Origin: Myxococcota bacterium
Lineage (GTDB): Bacteria > Myxococcota_A > UBA9160 > UBA4427
Assembly: GCA_046583095.1 (NCBI GenBank)
Contig: JAYGDB010000116.1
Span: 373 to 64,372, forward strand
Length of the DNA: 64,000 bases
Reading direction: 5' to 3'
Part shown: one piece after another, positions 26,744 to 34,493 of the stretch
Position numbering within the stretch: position 1 is the first letter of the stretch
Layout of the letters: each line of letters begins with the position of its first letter
Position numbers and translations under genes: made by a program
The notes under the pieces: generated by a model
The model's input: only the letters and a program-made list of their open reading frames with translations
Told to the model about the DNA's origin: nothing
Databases searched by the model: none

Positions 26744-28152
26744 GCTCGCCCGAATCGAACCCCCTTCGCGCTCACGTCCTTGTTGAGACGGTTCGCCAGG
26801 TGGAGGCCCTCGAGGATGAACTCGATCGCGGCAGCCGTCTGTGCCGGCGAGCTGCCTCCCGCGAGGCGCTCGGCCGCGACTCGAAGTCCATCGATCTCGT
26901 CGAGACCCACCAGATAGTCGGCAGCGGACATCTCGGCAGAAACCTCGACCTGCCAGCCCTCGTCGAAGGCCTTCACCACCGAGTCGAGCTCGTCGGGCTG
27001 CACGAACTCGTCGAACACGACATGGATCGCGCGCCTCACCATGCCTTCGAGAAGCTCCGACTCGCTTCGCTCGACGCCCGCGTACTCGAGCTCGATCTTG
27101 CCGGTCGTGGACGCCTGGAGGGCAGCCAGGTCCGAGATGCGCGGGACCGCCTCGGCCTCGTCGCTGCGCAGCGCGCGTCGCACGGCACTGGCGATCAGAG
27201 TCTCGTAGTTCGCGATGCTCATGCGAACGCTGACCCCCGAAGTCTGGGAAACATCGGGACTGCTGCGCGCCTGGAAGGTGATCTCGGCAACGACCTGCTC
27301 CATGTACTCGGGCATCGAGACGTCGATCCCGTCGGCTTCGGCGGGGGTCGCCTCCTGTCGGACGATCTCGATCTCGGTCTGGCGCTCCAACGGGTAGTGG
27401 GTGCGAATCTGCGCCGCGTAGCGGTCCTTGAGGGGCGTAATGATCCTTCCGCGGCTCGTGTAGTCCTCGGGGTTCGCACTCGCCACGATGAGAAGGTCGA
27501 GGGGTAGGCGCACCCTGTAGCCCTTCACCTGGACGTCGCGTTCCTCCATCACGTTGAACAGGCCCACCTGCACCTTCTCCGTCAGGTCGGGCAGCTCGTT
27601 GATGCAGAAGATGCAGCGGTTGCTTCGGGGCAGGAGTCCGAAGTGGATCGTGTACTCGTCCGAGAGGTGATGCCCCTCGGCGACCTTGATGGGGTCGACA
27701 TCGCCGATCAGGTCACCGATGGAGACGTCGGGGGTGGCCAGCTTCTCGACGTATCGCTCATCCCGATGCAGCCACGAGATCTCCGTCGCATCGCCCTTCT
27801 CGGCCACCTGCTGGCAGGCGAACGCCGACACCGGCGCCATCGGGTCGTCGTTGATCTCGCTCCCCGCCACCACCGGGATCCACTCATCGAGCAGGCCCAG
27901 GAGAGAGCGAATCAACCGGGTCTTCGCCTGGCCGCGCTCACCCAGGAAGATCATGTCGTGACCCGAGAGGAGGGCGTTTTCCACCGCCGGAATCACGCTG
28001 TCGTCGAAGCCCCGGATGCCCGGGAACAGCGGCGTGGCTTCGCGCAGGTGTCGCCGCAGGTTGACCTGGATCTCATCCCGCAGGCTGCGGAACACGTATC
28101 CGGCCTTGTGCAATTCGCCGAGCGTGCGCTCGGCGGGCGGACGAATCGACAT
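26740..28152 (-). CDS. AAA+ ATPase of the Mg-chelatase ChlI / sigma54-interaction-like class
   Basis: 'MIFLGERGQAKTRL' (Walker A variant), 'FCINELPDL' (Walker B-like) and 'ASANPEDYT...GRIITPLKDR'. Confidence 0.8.
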   Translation of the reverse strand: MSIRPPAERTLGELHKAGYVFRSLRDEIQVNLRRHLREATPLFPGIRGFDDSVIPAVENALLSGHDMIFLGERGQAKTRLIRSLLGLLDEWIPVVAGSEINDDPMAPVSAFACQQVAEKGDATEISWLHRDERYVEKLATPDVSIGDLIGDVDPIKVAEGHHLSDEYTIHFGLLPRSNRCIFCINELPDLTEKVQVGLFNVMEERDVQVKGYRVRLPLDLLIVASANPEDYTSRGRIITPLKDRYAAQIRTHYPLERQTEIEIVRQEATPAEADGIDVSMPEYMEQVVAEITFQARSSPDVSQTSGVSVRMSIANYETLIASAVRRALRSDEAEAVPRISDLAALQASTTGKIELEYAGVERSESELLEGMVRRAIHVVFDEFVQPDELDSVVKAFDEGWQVEVSAEMSAADYLVGLDEIDGLRVAAERLAGGSSPAQTAAAIEFILEGLHLANRLNKDVSAKGVRFGRA

Positions 28153-28233
28153 GGAGCCTCCCGAGTGAGTCGAGCTTGAGGTGGGACGTCTCGCCTCCAG
28201 GGTAGGTCTTCGCCCCGCGCGGAGCCCTTCGAA

Positions 28234-29439
28234 TCAGGAGAGATCGGAGAGGTCGTAGCCGCCTTCTCGGCGGAGGCTCTCGACGACGTGGCGGATCACG
28301 AGGAGCACCGAGCCATCGATGGTCGCGTTGTCGACGATCGGGATGTCGGAGCGATCGGCAAGCTCGAGGAACTCCTCCTGGATCTTCAGGATGGCGTCCA
28401 GATTCTCGACGTAGCGCTGGGCACCGCGGCGTCGCTGGCGCTCCTCCCTGGAGATGAAGTGGCTGCGGAAGGCGACCTCATCGAGCCGCGCGACCACCAG
28501 GAAGATCACGTGCGCGACATCCCGATACGCGGAGAGATCGATCAAACCCGGAACCAAACTCACGCCGTCGAGGATCAGGCTCGCGTTCTCGTCGATGGCC
28601 CGGTCGATCATCGCCCGGATTCCCACCGACACCACCGCCGCCTGGGCGTGAAAGCCCGCCAGGACGGGGTCCTGGCCTTCCTCGACCAGCGGGAAGGTGG
28701 CTGGGTGAGCCTCGAACGACGATGCGTGCAGCGCCGGGACGAGATCCGGCGTCAGGGTGATCCGCAGGATCTGCCGGATGGAGTCCGTCGAAGCGACACG
28801 GCTGATGCCGAGCCGCTGTGCGACCTCGAGGGCGAGAGAGGTCTTGCCCGAGCCCGTGGTTCCGCCCAGCAGGATGATGACCGGCTTCTCCGGCTCCTGG
28901 TGCCTGCGCCAGATGAGGAACCGCTCGGCCGTCTTGGGGCCGAAGCGCCGCAACAGAGCCTCGTAGGCGAGACTTCGAAGCTCGCCTCTCGGGATGTCCT
29001 TGCGGGACTCGAGCAGGAGAGACTGCTCGATCCGCGCCGCCACGTCGAAGGCGTCGTTGGGATCGATCGAAGCGGCCAGCAGCGACTGCGACAGGGTGCC
29101 CTTGGAGAACGGCATCGGCGATCGCTGGTCGCTCGTCACGAGAATGCGCCCGACCAGCGGCGGCAGCGGAGGCTGGTGCTCCTGGAGGGCGTCCTCGCCG
29201 AGAGTCTCGCGGAGGAGCTTTGTGAGTTCAGCGCGACTCACCACGCCCCGTCCGACAACCCGTGACTGGACCGCGTCGGCGGTGGCGAGGGCCACCTCCA
29301 CGTCGACGCCACGGGCGATCAATGAATGGACCATGATCCCGCGCATGAACGGGCGGCGCCCTGCGCCGTCTTCGACCACCACCCGCTCGTCTTCGCGTGC
29401 GGGTGTCGTCTTGGGGAGATCCTGTCGCGGGTTCGTCAC
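28234..29439 (-). CDS. 2-phosphoglycerate-kinase-like P-loop kinase with an N-terminal ATP-cone-like domain
   Basis: 'RPFMRGIMVHSLIARGV...' (ATP-cone-like) followed by Walker A 'LLGGTTGSGKTSLA'. The family call is from memory of COG2074-type proteins. Confidence 0.6.
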   Translation of the reverse strand: MTNPRQDLPKTTPAREDERVVVEDGAGRRPFMRGIMVHSLIARGVDVEVALATADAVQSRVVGRGVVSRAELTKLLRETLGEDALQEHQPPLPPLVGRILVTSDQRSPMPFSKGTLSQSLLAASIDPNDAFDVAARIEQSLLLESRKDIPRGELRSLAYEALLRRFGPKTAERFLIWRRHQEPEKPVIILLGGTTGSGKTSLALEVAQRLGISRVASTDSIRQILRITLTPDLVPALHASSFEAHPATFPLVEEGQDPVLAGFHAQAAVVSVGIRAMIDRAIDENASLILDGVSLVPGLIDLSAYRDVAHVIFLVVARLDEVAFRSHFISREERQRRRGAQRYVENLDAILKIQEEFLELADRSDIPIVDNATIDGSVLLVIRHVVESLRREGGYDLSDLS

Positions 29440-29707
29440 GGGAACTGCTCAGACTAACCGATTTGGCGCTCCAGCCGCGCGGCAGTGACCTCCCCGCGGG
29501 CGGATCCCTTTGCCTCGCAAGAGCCTCTCAAGTCGATACAAACCTGTAGGGAAAACACCTGATCCTGCTCGGAGATGCCAGCAAATCGAGACAATAATCC
29601 CCATTCTTGGCTTGACTTTCGTTCAGGTTCGGAGTCTCCTGCCATGGCCTCCGGCTGTTTCGGGGGAGGTCTGCCAGTTTTTGGTATCTCTGGCTGGGAC
29701 AGCGCCG

Positions 29708-30184
29708 ATGCCCCAACGCTCTTCGCCCTTCTATCGAACGCGGGACGTGGTCGAGATCCTCGGGATCTCACGTCGCCAACTCCAGTACTGGGCACAGACC
29801 GACCTGGTGACACCCTCGGACAAGACGCCGGGCGGCCACCGTCGTTACTGCTTCGCCGACCTGGTCGCACTGAAGGCGACCAAGCGACTCATCGACGCCG
29901 GCATCTCCGTACAACGGGTCCGGAAGAGCATCCAGGCCCTGCGCAAGACCCTGCCCGACATCGAGCGCCCGCTCTCCGAACTGGTCCTGGTCGCGACCGG
30001 CGATGTGGTTCTGGCATTCCGCGAAGGCGCTGCGTTCGAGGCAATCTCGGGGCAGGAGTGGGTATTCGAGGTTGCCGAGTTTGAGCGCGAGGTGTCGGAC
30101 TGGCGAGGGACGGGCCTGGCCCAACCCATTCGCCGACCACGCAAGGTCGAGAGCCGGACCGGGAGGCTGCGCGGGACGGGCTAG
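29708..30184 (+). CDS. MerR-family transcriptional regulator
   Basis: ATG at 29708. HTH 'YRTRDVVEILGISRRQLQYWAQTDLVTPS...GHRRYCFADLVALK'. About 158 aa. Confidence 0.85.
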   Translation: MPQRSSPFYRTRDVVEILGISRRQLQYWAQTDLVTPSDKTPGGHRRYCFADLVALKATKRLIDAGISVQRVRKSIQALRKTLPDIERPLSELVLVATGDVVLAFREGAAFEAISGQEWVFEVAEFEREVSDWRGTGLAQPIRRPRKVESRTGRLRGTG

Positions 30185-30232
30185 CCAACCGATTCGAAGT
30201 TCGTGGAGATCGGCAGAAACGGGGGATCTGCC

Positions 30233-31312
30233 ATGAGAACCATCGCAATCGTCAACCAGAAGGGTGGCTGCGGAAAGACGACCACTACCGTCAATCTCGG
30301 TGGTGCGCTCGAGGCCGACGGCAACCGGGTGCTGATCATGGACCTCGATCCTCAGGCCCATGCAACGCTGGCACTTGGCATCAACCCCGACGAACTCGAC
30401 GCCAATCTGTACGAGGTCCTGGCGGAGCCCGAAGGAGAGTCGGAGCTCGCAGGCGTCCTGATCAACATCTCCGAAACGATGGACTTGGCGCCGTCCAGCA
30501 TCGTGATGTCGGCCCTCGAGCAGAAGCTGGCCGCAGAGCGCCACGATGCCAGAACCGAACGGCTTGCCGTGGCGCTGGAGAAGCTCGGACCCGCGTACGA
30601 CTTCGTCTTGATCGACTGTCCGCCGAACGTCGGGCTGCTCACCTTCAACGCCCTGCGGGCCGCCGAGGAGGTGATCATCCCGCTGGAAGCCAGCTTCTTC
30701 GCCGTCGATGGCGTTCAGAGGCTCCTCGAGACCATCGGTCTGCTCTCGGACCGGATTGGCCACGAACTGGACGTGCGGATCCTGCCGACCCTGTACGACG
30801 GGCGCACACGCTACGCCCGCGAGACCCTGGCCGACATCCGCGAACTCTTCAAGGACCTGTGCTTCGACACCGTGATTCGGCAGAACGTGAAGCTGCGCGA
30901 GACGGCGCGTCAGGGCGTCCCGATCGCACGCTACGCGCCCTCCGCGAACGGGGCTCTGGACTACGCGGCGGTCGCTATCGAGGTCGAAGCCGGACAGCAG
31001 TCTCCCGCGGTCGAGGGCGCCGCGAGCCACAGTCTCACGGAGTTGCGAGAGGTCATGGTTCGCTTCAGCGACAGCCAGGCCGGTGACGTCCGGATCGCGG
31101 GCGACTTCAACGGGTGGGTGCCGGACAAGGGCGTTCGCTCGGTGATCGAGGCCGAGAACGGGTCTCGGGTATGGACGAAGATCCTGCACCTGCCGCCCGG
31201 CACGTATCAGTACCGCTACGTCGTCGACGGTGAGTGGCGCGAAGATCCTGTCAACGCGAGCACCGCGCCCAGTGCCACCGGCCGGGTGAACTCGGTACTC
31301 GTAGTACGCTAG
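30233..31312 (+). CDS. ParA/MinD-family ATPase fused to a C-terminal CBM48 / AMPK-beta glycogen-binding-like (E-set) domain
   Basis: Deviant Walker A 'NQKGGCGKTTTTVNLG' and 'LIDCPP'. The C-terminal ~85 aa, 'VMVRFSDSQAGDVRIAGDFNGWVPDKG...WTKILHLPPGTYQYRYVVDGEWREDPVN...NSVLVV', match the CBM48/AMPK1_CBM pattern. Confidence 0.85.
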   Translation: MRTIAIVNQKGGCGKTTTTVNLGGALEADGNRVLIMDLDPQAHATLALGINPDELDANLYEVLAEPEGESELAGVLINISETMDLAPSSIVMSALEQKLAAERHDARTERLAVALEKLGPAYDFVLIDCPPNVGLLTFNALRAAEEVIIPLEASFFAVDGVQRLLETIGLLSDRIGHELDVRILPTLYDGRTRYARETLADIRELFKDLCFDTVIRQNVKLRETARQGVPIARYAPSANGALDYAAVAIEVEAGQQSPAVEGAASHSLTELREVMVRFSDSQAGDVRIAGDFNGWVPDKGVRSVIEAENGSRVWTKILHLPPGTYQYRYVVDGEWREDPVNASTAPSATGRVNSVLVVR

Positions 31313-31435
31313 GAGTCTAGACGGCCGAAACGCCTCGAACTCCCGGCCAGAACGAGCCAACCGACATGACACAGATCACGTTCTCACTTTGGAGCATCGC
31401 GCGGCGGGCCCGCGCGAGAGCCTAGAGCTTCGCGC

Positions 31436-32281
31436 ATGCCTCGCGATCTGGCGGACGTGCTTCATCATTTCATTCCAGAGTCGGGCCCCGTGGGCTCGCG
31501 TGACGCTGCTTCCGAGCGCCGCGGCGCTTCCAAGAGTCGCGGCGCTTCCGAGAACCGCGGCGTCCCGCGCAGGCAGACGCTTCCGATCGTCGGCGTGCCG
31601 CTCGGCGAGCGGGACGTCGTGCGCGCGGCCTTTACCTGGAACCTGGCGGTGGAGGTGGCCCGCGCGGGAGGCCGCACGGCCGTCGTTGCCCCTGACACCG
31701 ATGCCAGCACCGCCCTCTGGCCCGAGGAGAGCACCGGCCCGCTGAGCGCGAACGTCGTCCTCGTACCCGCCACGAACCTCGGCCAGCTGCATCGCGCGGC
31801 CCTGGATATCGCGGAGGCACGGGCGTCCGATGGACCTGCCCTCGATGAGGACGGCCTCGTCTTCGTTCGAATCCCACCCCTGTGGCTCCGCAACTCCCAG
31901 GGTGCGACCGGGCTGCTGCGCTGGACCCTGCTGTTTACCTCTTCCGAGAACCGCGACCTGCTGGAGAGCTATGGGATCGCGAAACTCCTGACCCGAGCCC
32001 TCCCGGAAGCTCGCGTCGGCGTTACGGTGCACGGAGCTCGACGGATGGCAGATGCCGAGGCGGCCTTCTCCCGCCTGGAGCGCGCCACCTCGCAACGACT
32101 CGGCCTGCCTCTTACGAGCTACGGTCTCCTGGTCGACGATCTGCACGTCTACCAGGCCATCGTGGCCCAGCGGCCGATCGGCATGGTTCACCCCCAGTCC
32201 CCGGCCGCCCGTTCGATGGGAGACGTCGCGAAGCTGCTGCTGGAGGACGCCCGGAAACAGATGGACCGAGTGGATGCCTGA
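31436..32281 (+). CDS. Degenerate MinD/FlhG-like protein (Walker A lost) with a basic, repeat-containing N-terminus
   Basis: The C-terminal half matches the MinD/FlhG pattern ('LGLPLTSYGLLVDDLHVYQAIVAQRPIGMVHPQSPAARSMGDVAKLL'). The expected 'GKGGVGKT' position reads 'VPLGERDVVRA'. The N-terminus has 'ASERRGASKSRGASENRG'. Confidence 0.7.
   Translation: MPRDLADVLHHFIPESGPVGSRDAASERRGASKSRGASENRGVPRRQTLPIVGVPLGERDVVRAAFTWNLAVEVARAGGRTAVVAPDTDASTALWPEESTGPLSANVVLVPATNLGQLHRAALDIAEARASDGPALDEDGLVFVRIPPLWLRNSQGATGLLRWTLLFTSSENRDLLESYGIAKLLTRALPEARVGVTVHGARRMADAEAAFSRLERATSQRLGLPLTSYGLLVDDLHVYQAIVAQRPIGMVHPQSPAARSMGDVAKLLLEDARKQMDRVDA
31508..31561 (+). repeat. 18-bp imperfect tandem repeat x3 encoding (A-S-E/K-x-R-G)3
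   Basis: GCTTCCGAGCGCCGCGGC / GCTTCCAAGAGTCGCGGC / GCTTCCGAGAACCGCGGC, read directly. Confidence 0.9.
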
Positions 32282-32852
32282 GAGCGATCTGCACTACGTC
32301 GCCTCACTGCCGCGGCCGGAGCTGCGAAACGCGCTCCGACGTGCCCAGGCCTTCGACCCGCCCCTGCGGATCCTCGCGGAGGACGTCCTGGGCGCCGACG
32401 CGCCCATCGACTTCATTGCGGTCGATCCGGACGGCCGCGTCGTCCTCGTCCTGATCGGGGAAGACGGCGAGGACCAGGAACTCCTGACACAGGCCCTCGC
32501 CCAGCGCGCCTGGGTGCGTCCTCGCATCCGAGACTGGCTGCAGCTCGCTCCGAACCTGGAGCTGTCCGCAAGCGCCCCGGTGGCCGTGTCCCTGCTGTGT
32601 CCGTCCTTTTCGTCGAGCACCCAGGCCGCCGCGGCCGATCTAGGCCCAGACGTGCTGGACCTCTCCACCCTCCGCTGTGTCCGAAACGGCGCGGAGGCGA
32701 CGGTGCTGCTCGAGCGGCTCTCGCCGCCGGGACCGTCAGACCGCAGGCGGGCCGCGGTCGATCCGCCAGCCGAAGGCGGACCCCGCTTCCGGAGCGGGCT
32801 GACCGCGGAGGATCTCCAGCTCACACCCGAAGAAATCAGCGAATTCGACTAG
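32274..32852 (+). CDS. Hypothetical protein, last gene of the ParA module, with a possible nuclease-like (PD-(D/E)xK-type) core
   Basis: The ATG at 32274 overlaps the upstream gene by 8 nt. 'PIDFIAVDPDGRVVLVLIGEDGEDQELL' resembles restriction-endonuclease-fold strands, but no Lys follows. Acidic C-terminus 'LTPEEISEFD'. Confidence 0.55.
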   Translation: MPESDLHYVASLPRPELRNALRRAQAFDPPLRILAEDVLGADAPIDFIAVDPDGRVVLVLIGEDGEDQELLTQALAQRAWVRPRIRDWLQLAPNLELSASAPVAVSLLCPSFSSSTQAAAADLGPDVLDLSTLRCVRNGAEATVLLERLSPPGPSDRRRAAVDPPAEGGPRFRSGLTAEDLQLTPEEISEFD

Positions 32853-33021
32853 TTCCGTGTCGAAGCTGCGCGTCGGCGCGGAACTTGCGCCTAGACCTGG
32901 GGGGACATTTTTCGGCACCGGTGACATTTCGTGACACCTCCTGCACCCATCCCGCCACTCCCTAAAGAGCAGGGATCCCTCGCCGAGAGCGGCAGGGCCT
33001 CTGCGTGGGTCTTGGGAAGTC

Positions 33022-33609
33022 GTGCGAAGGGGGCCTCGGTTGGCGGTTGGGCAGCTCGAGCCTGTAGACGAATCAGACGAAACGCTGGTCGTTCGGGTCA
33101 CGCAGGGCGATGAAATCGCCTTCAGGGAAATCTATGAGCGCTTCTTCAAGCGCATCTACCTGTTCGTCGACAAACGCCTCCGCAATACCGCCGACACCGA
33201 GGAGACCGTTCAAGAGGTCTTCATCAATGTCTTCAACTCGATCGACAGCTACCGCGGTGAGGCGCCGTTCTCCGCCTGGGTATTCGGAGTGACGCGCCGC
33301 ACGATCGCCGGACGCTTCAAGCGCAAGCATCATCCCACGGTGCCCCTCCTGGACGACGACCACGTCACTGCCGCCGTGAATGGCAGCGGCGCGCAGCCCT
33401 CGCCCCTCGAGGCATACGAGTGTCAAGAACTCCTGTCGCAGCTTGAAGCGAAGCTCGATTCCAAGCTGTCCGCGGAGCAGCGGGAGCTGTTCCAGCTGCA
33501 CCACGTGGAAGACCGCTCGATCTCTGAGATCGCTCTCGCCCTCGACAAGACCGAGAACGCCATCAAGTCGAACCTGTACCGGGCCCGGAAGATCCTCCAA
33601 CCGCGCTGA
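33022..33609 (+). CDS. ECF-type RNA polymerase sigma factor
   Basis: Region 2 'ETVQEVFINVFNSIDSYRGEAPFSAWVFGVTRRT'. Region 4 'LSAEQRELFQLHHVEDRSISEIALALDKTENAIKSNLYRARK'. Confidence 0.88.
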   Translation: MRRGPRLAVGQLEPVDESDETLVVRVTQGDEIAFREIYERFFKRIYLFVDKRLRNTADTEETVQEVFINVFNSIDSYRGEAPFSAWVFGVTRRTIAGRFKRKHHPTVPLLDDDHVTAAVNGSGAQPSPLEAYECQELLSQLEAKLDSKLSAEQRELFQLHHVEDRSISEIALALDKTENAIKSNLYRARKILQPR

Positions 33610-33627
33610 CCCGCTAGACTCGGGCCG

Positions 33628-34446
33628 ATGGCCGAGTCGATCTGCTTCGATGCACCGCAGGGTGAAGACCTGTCGATCCTCGAGCGCCCCGCGGAAGGCG
33701 CCGAGACACCCGCTGGTGCCGGAGCCCGCCGCTTCGAGTTCTCGTGCCGCGGAGACCGGGTTCCGCTCGCCGTGCTGGCTCCCGAATCCGAACCGCCGTA
33801 CCCCACGCTGCTGGTGCTGCCTGCACCGGGCGAGGGGAGTGAGCTGTCGAACCTGCAGGGGCTCGACAGCTGGCTCGCCGCCGGCGTAGCCGTCGCTTCC
33901 ATCGAGCTGCCGCTCTTCGGGTCGCGACGCTCCGGCAAGCTCTCCGAAAAGCTCACCGAGTCGGTGGTGGCAGCCGCGCGCGGCGAAGCCATCGACGACA
34001 CCGGTGAGCTTCTGTGGGAGGAGTTCACCCGGCAGGCCGTGATGGAGCTTCGGCGCGGCCTGGACATGTTGGCGGAAGTCTGGGGCGGCGAACCGAGCGC
34101 AAGCGCCTTCGCCGGCGTGGGCATCGGTGCCTCGATCGGAACGCTCTGGTGCGCCGTCGACGAGCGGCCCTGCGGCGCTGTGCTCGTGCTCACTGGGGGC
34201 GGCTTTGGCCCCGCGTCCATCGACCCGACGAGCTTTGTCGCCAACATCGCGCCGCGCCCGCTGCTCTTCGTGAACGAGGAGGCAGCCAAGGCGCGACCTG
34301 GCGCTCCCGCCATCTCCAAGGACCGGGCCATCGAACTGCACGAGGCCGCCGGCGAACCCAAGGAAGTCTCCTGGCGGGCAGCAGAGGCCGGGGACGTCCT
34401 CGACCTCGCGTGGAAGTTCCTCGCGCCCCTGCTCGGGGTGGGCTGA
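33628..34446 (+). CDS. Alpha/beta-hydrolase-fold protein (dienelactone-hydrolase-like) in the position usually held by an anti-sigma factor
   Basis: GxSxG 'GIGASIG'. No TM segment and no HxxxCxxC motif. Lies 18 nt downstream of the sigma gene. Confidence 0.6.
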   Translation: MAESICFDAPQGEDLSILERPAEGAETPAGAGARRFEFSCRGDRVPLAVLAPESEPPYPTLLVLPAPGEGSELSNLQGLDSWLAAGVAVASIELPLFGSRRSGKLSEKLTESVVAAARGEAIDDTGELLWEEFTRQAVMELRRGLDMLAEVWGGEPSASAFAGVGIGASIGTLWCAVDERPCGAVLVLTGGGFGPASIDPTSFVANIAPRPLLFVNEEAAKARPGAPAISKDRAIELHEAAGEPKEVSWRAAEAGDVLDLAWKFLAPLLGVG

Positions 34447-34493
34447 ATCCGACAGCCGGCTACCCCGGAAGCGCGCCGCCGGGCCCGGGACTC

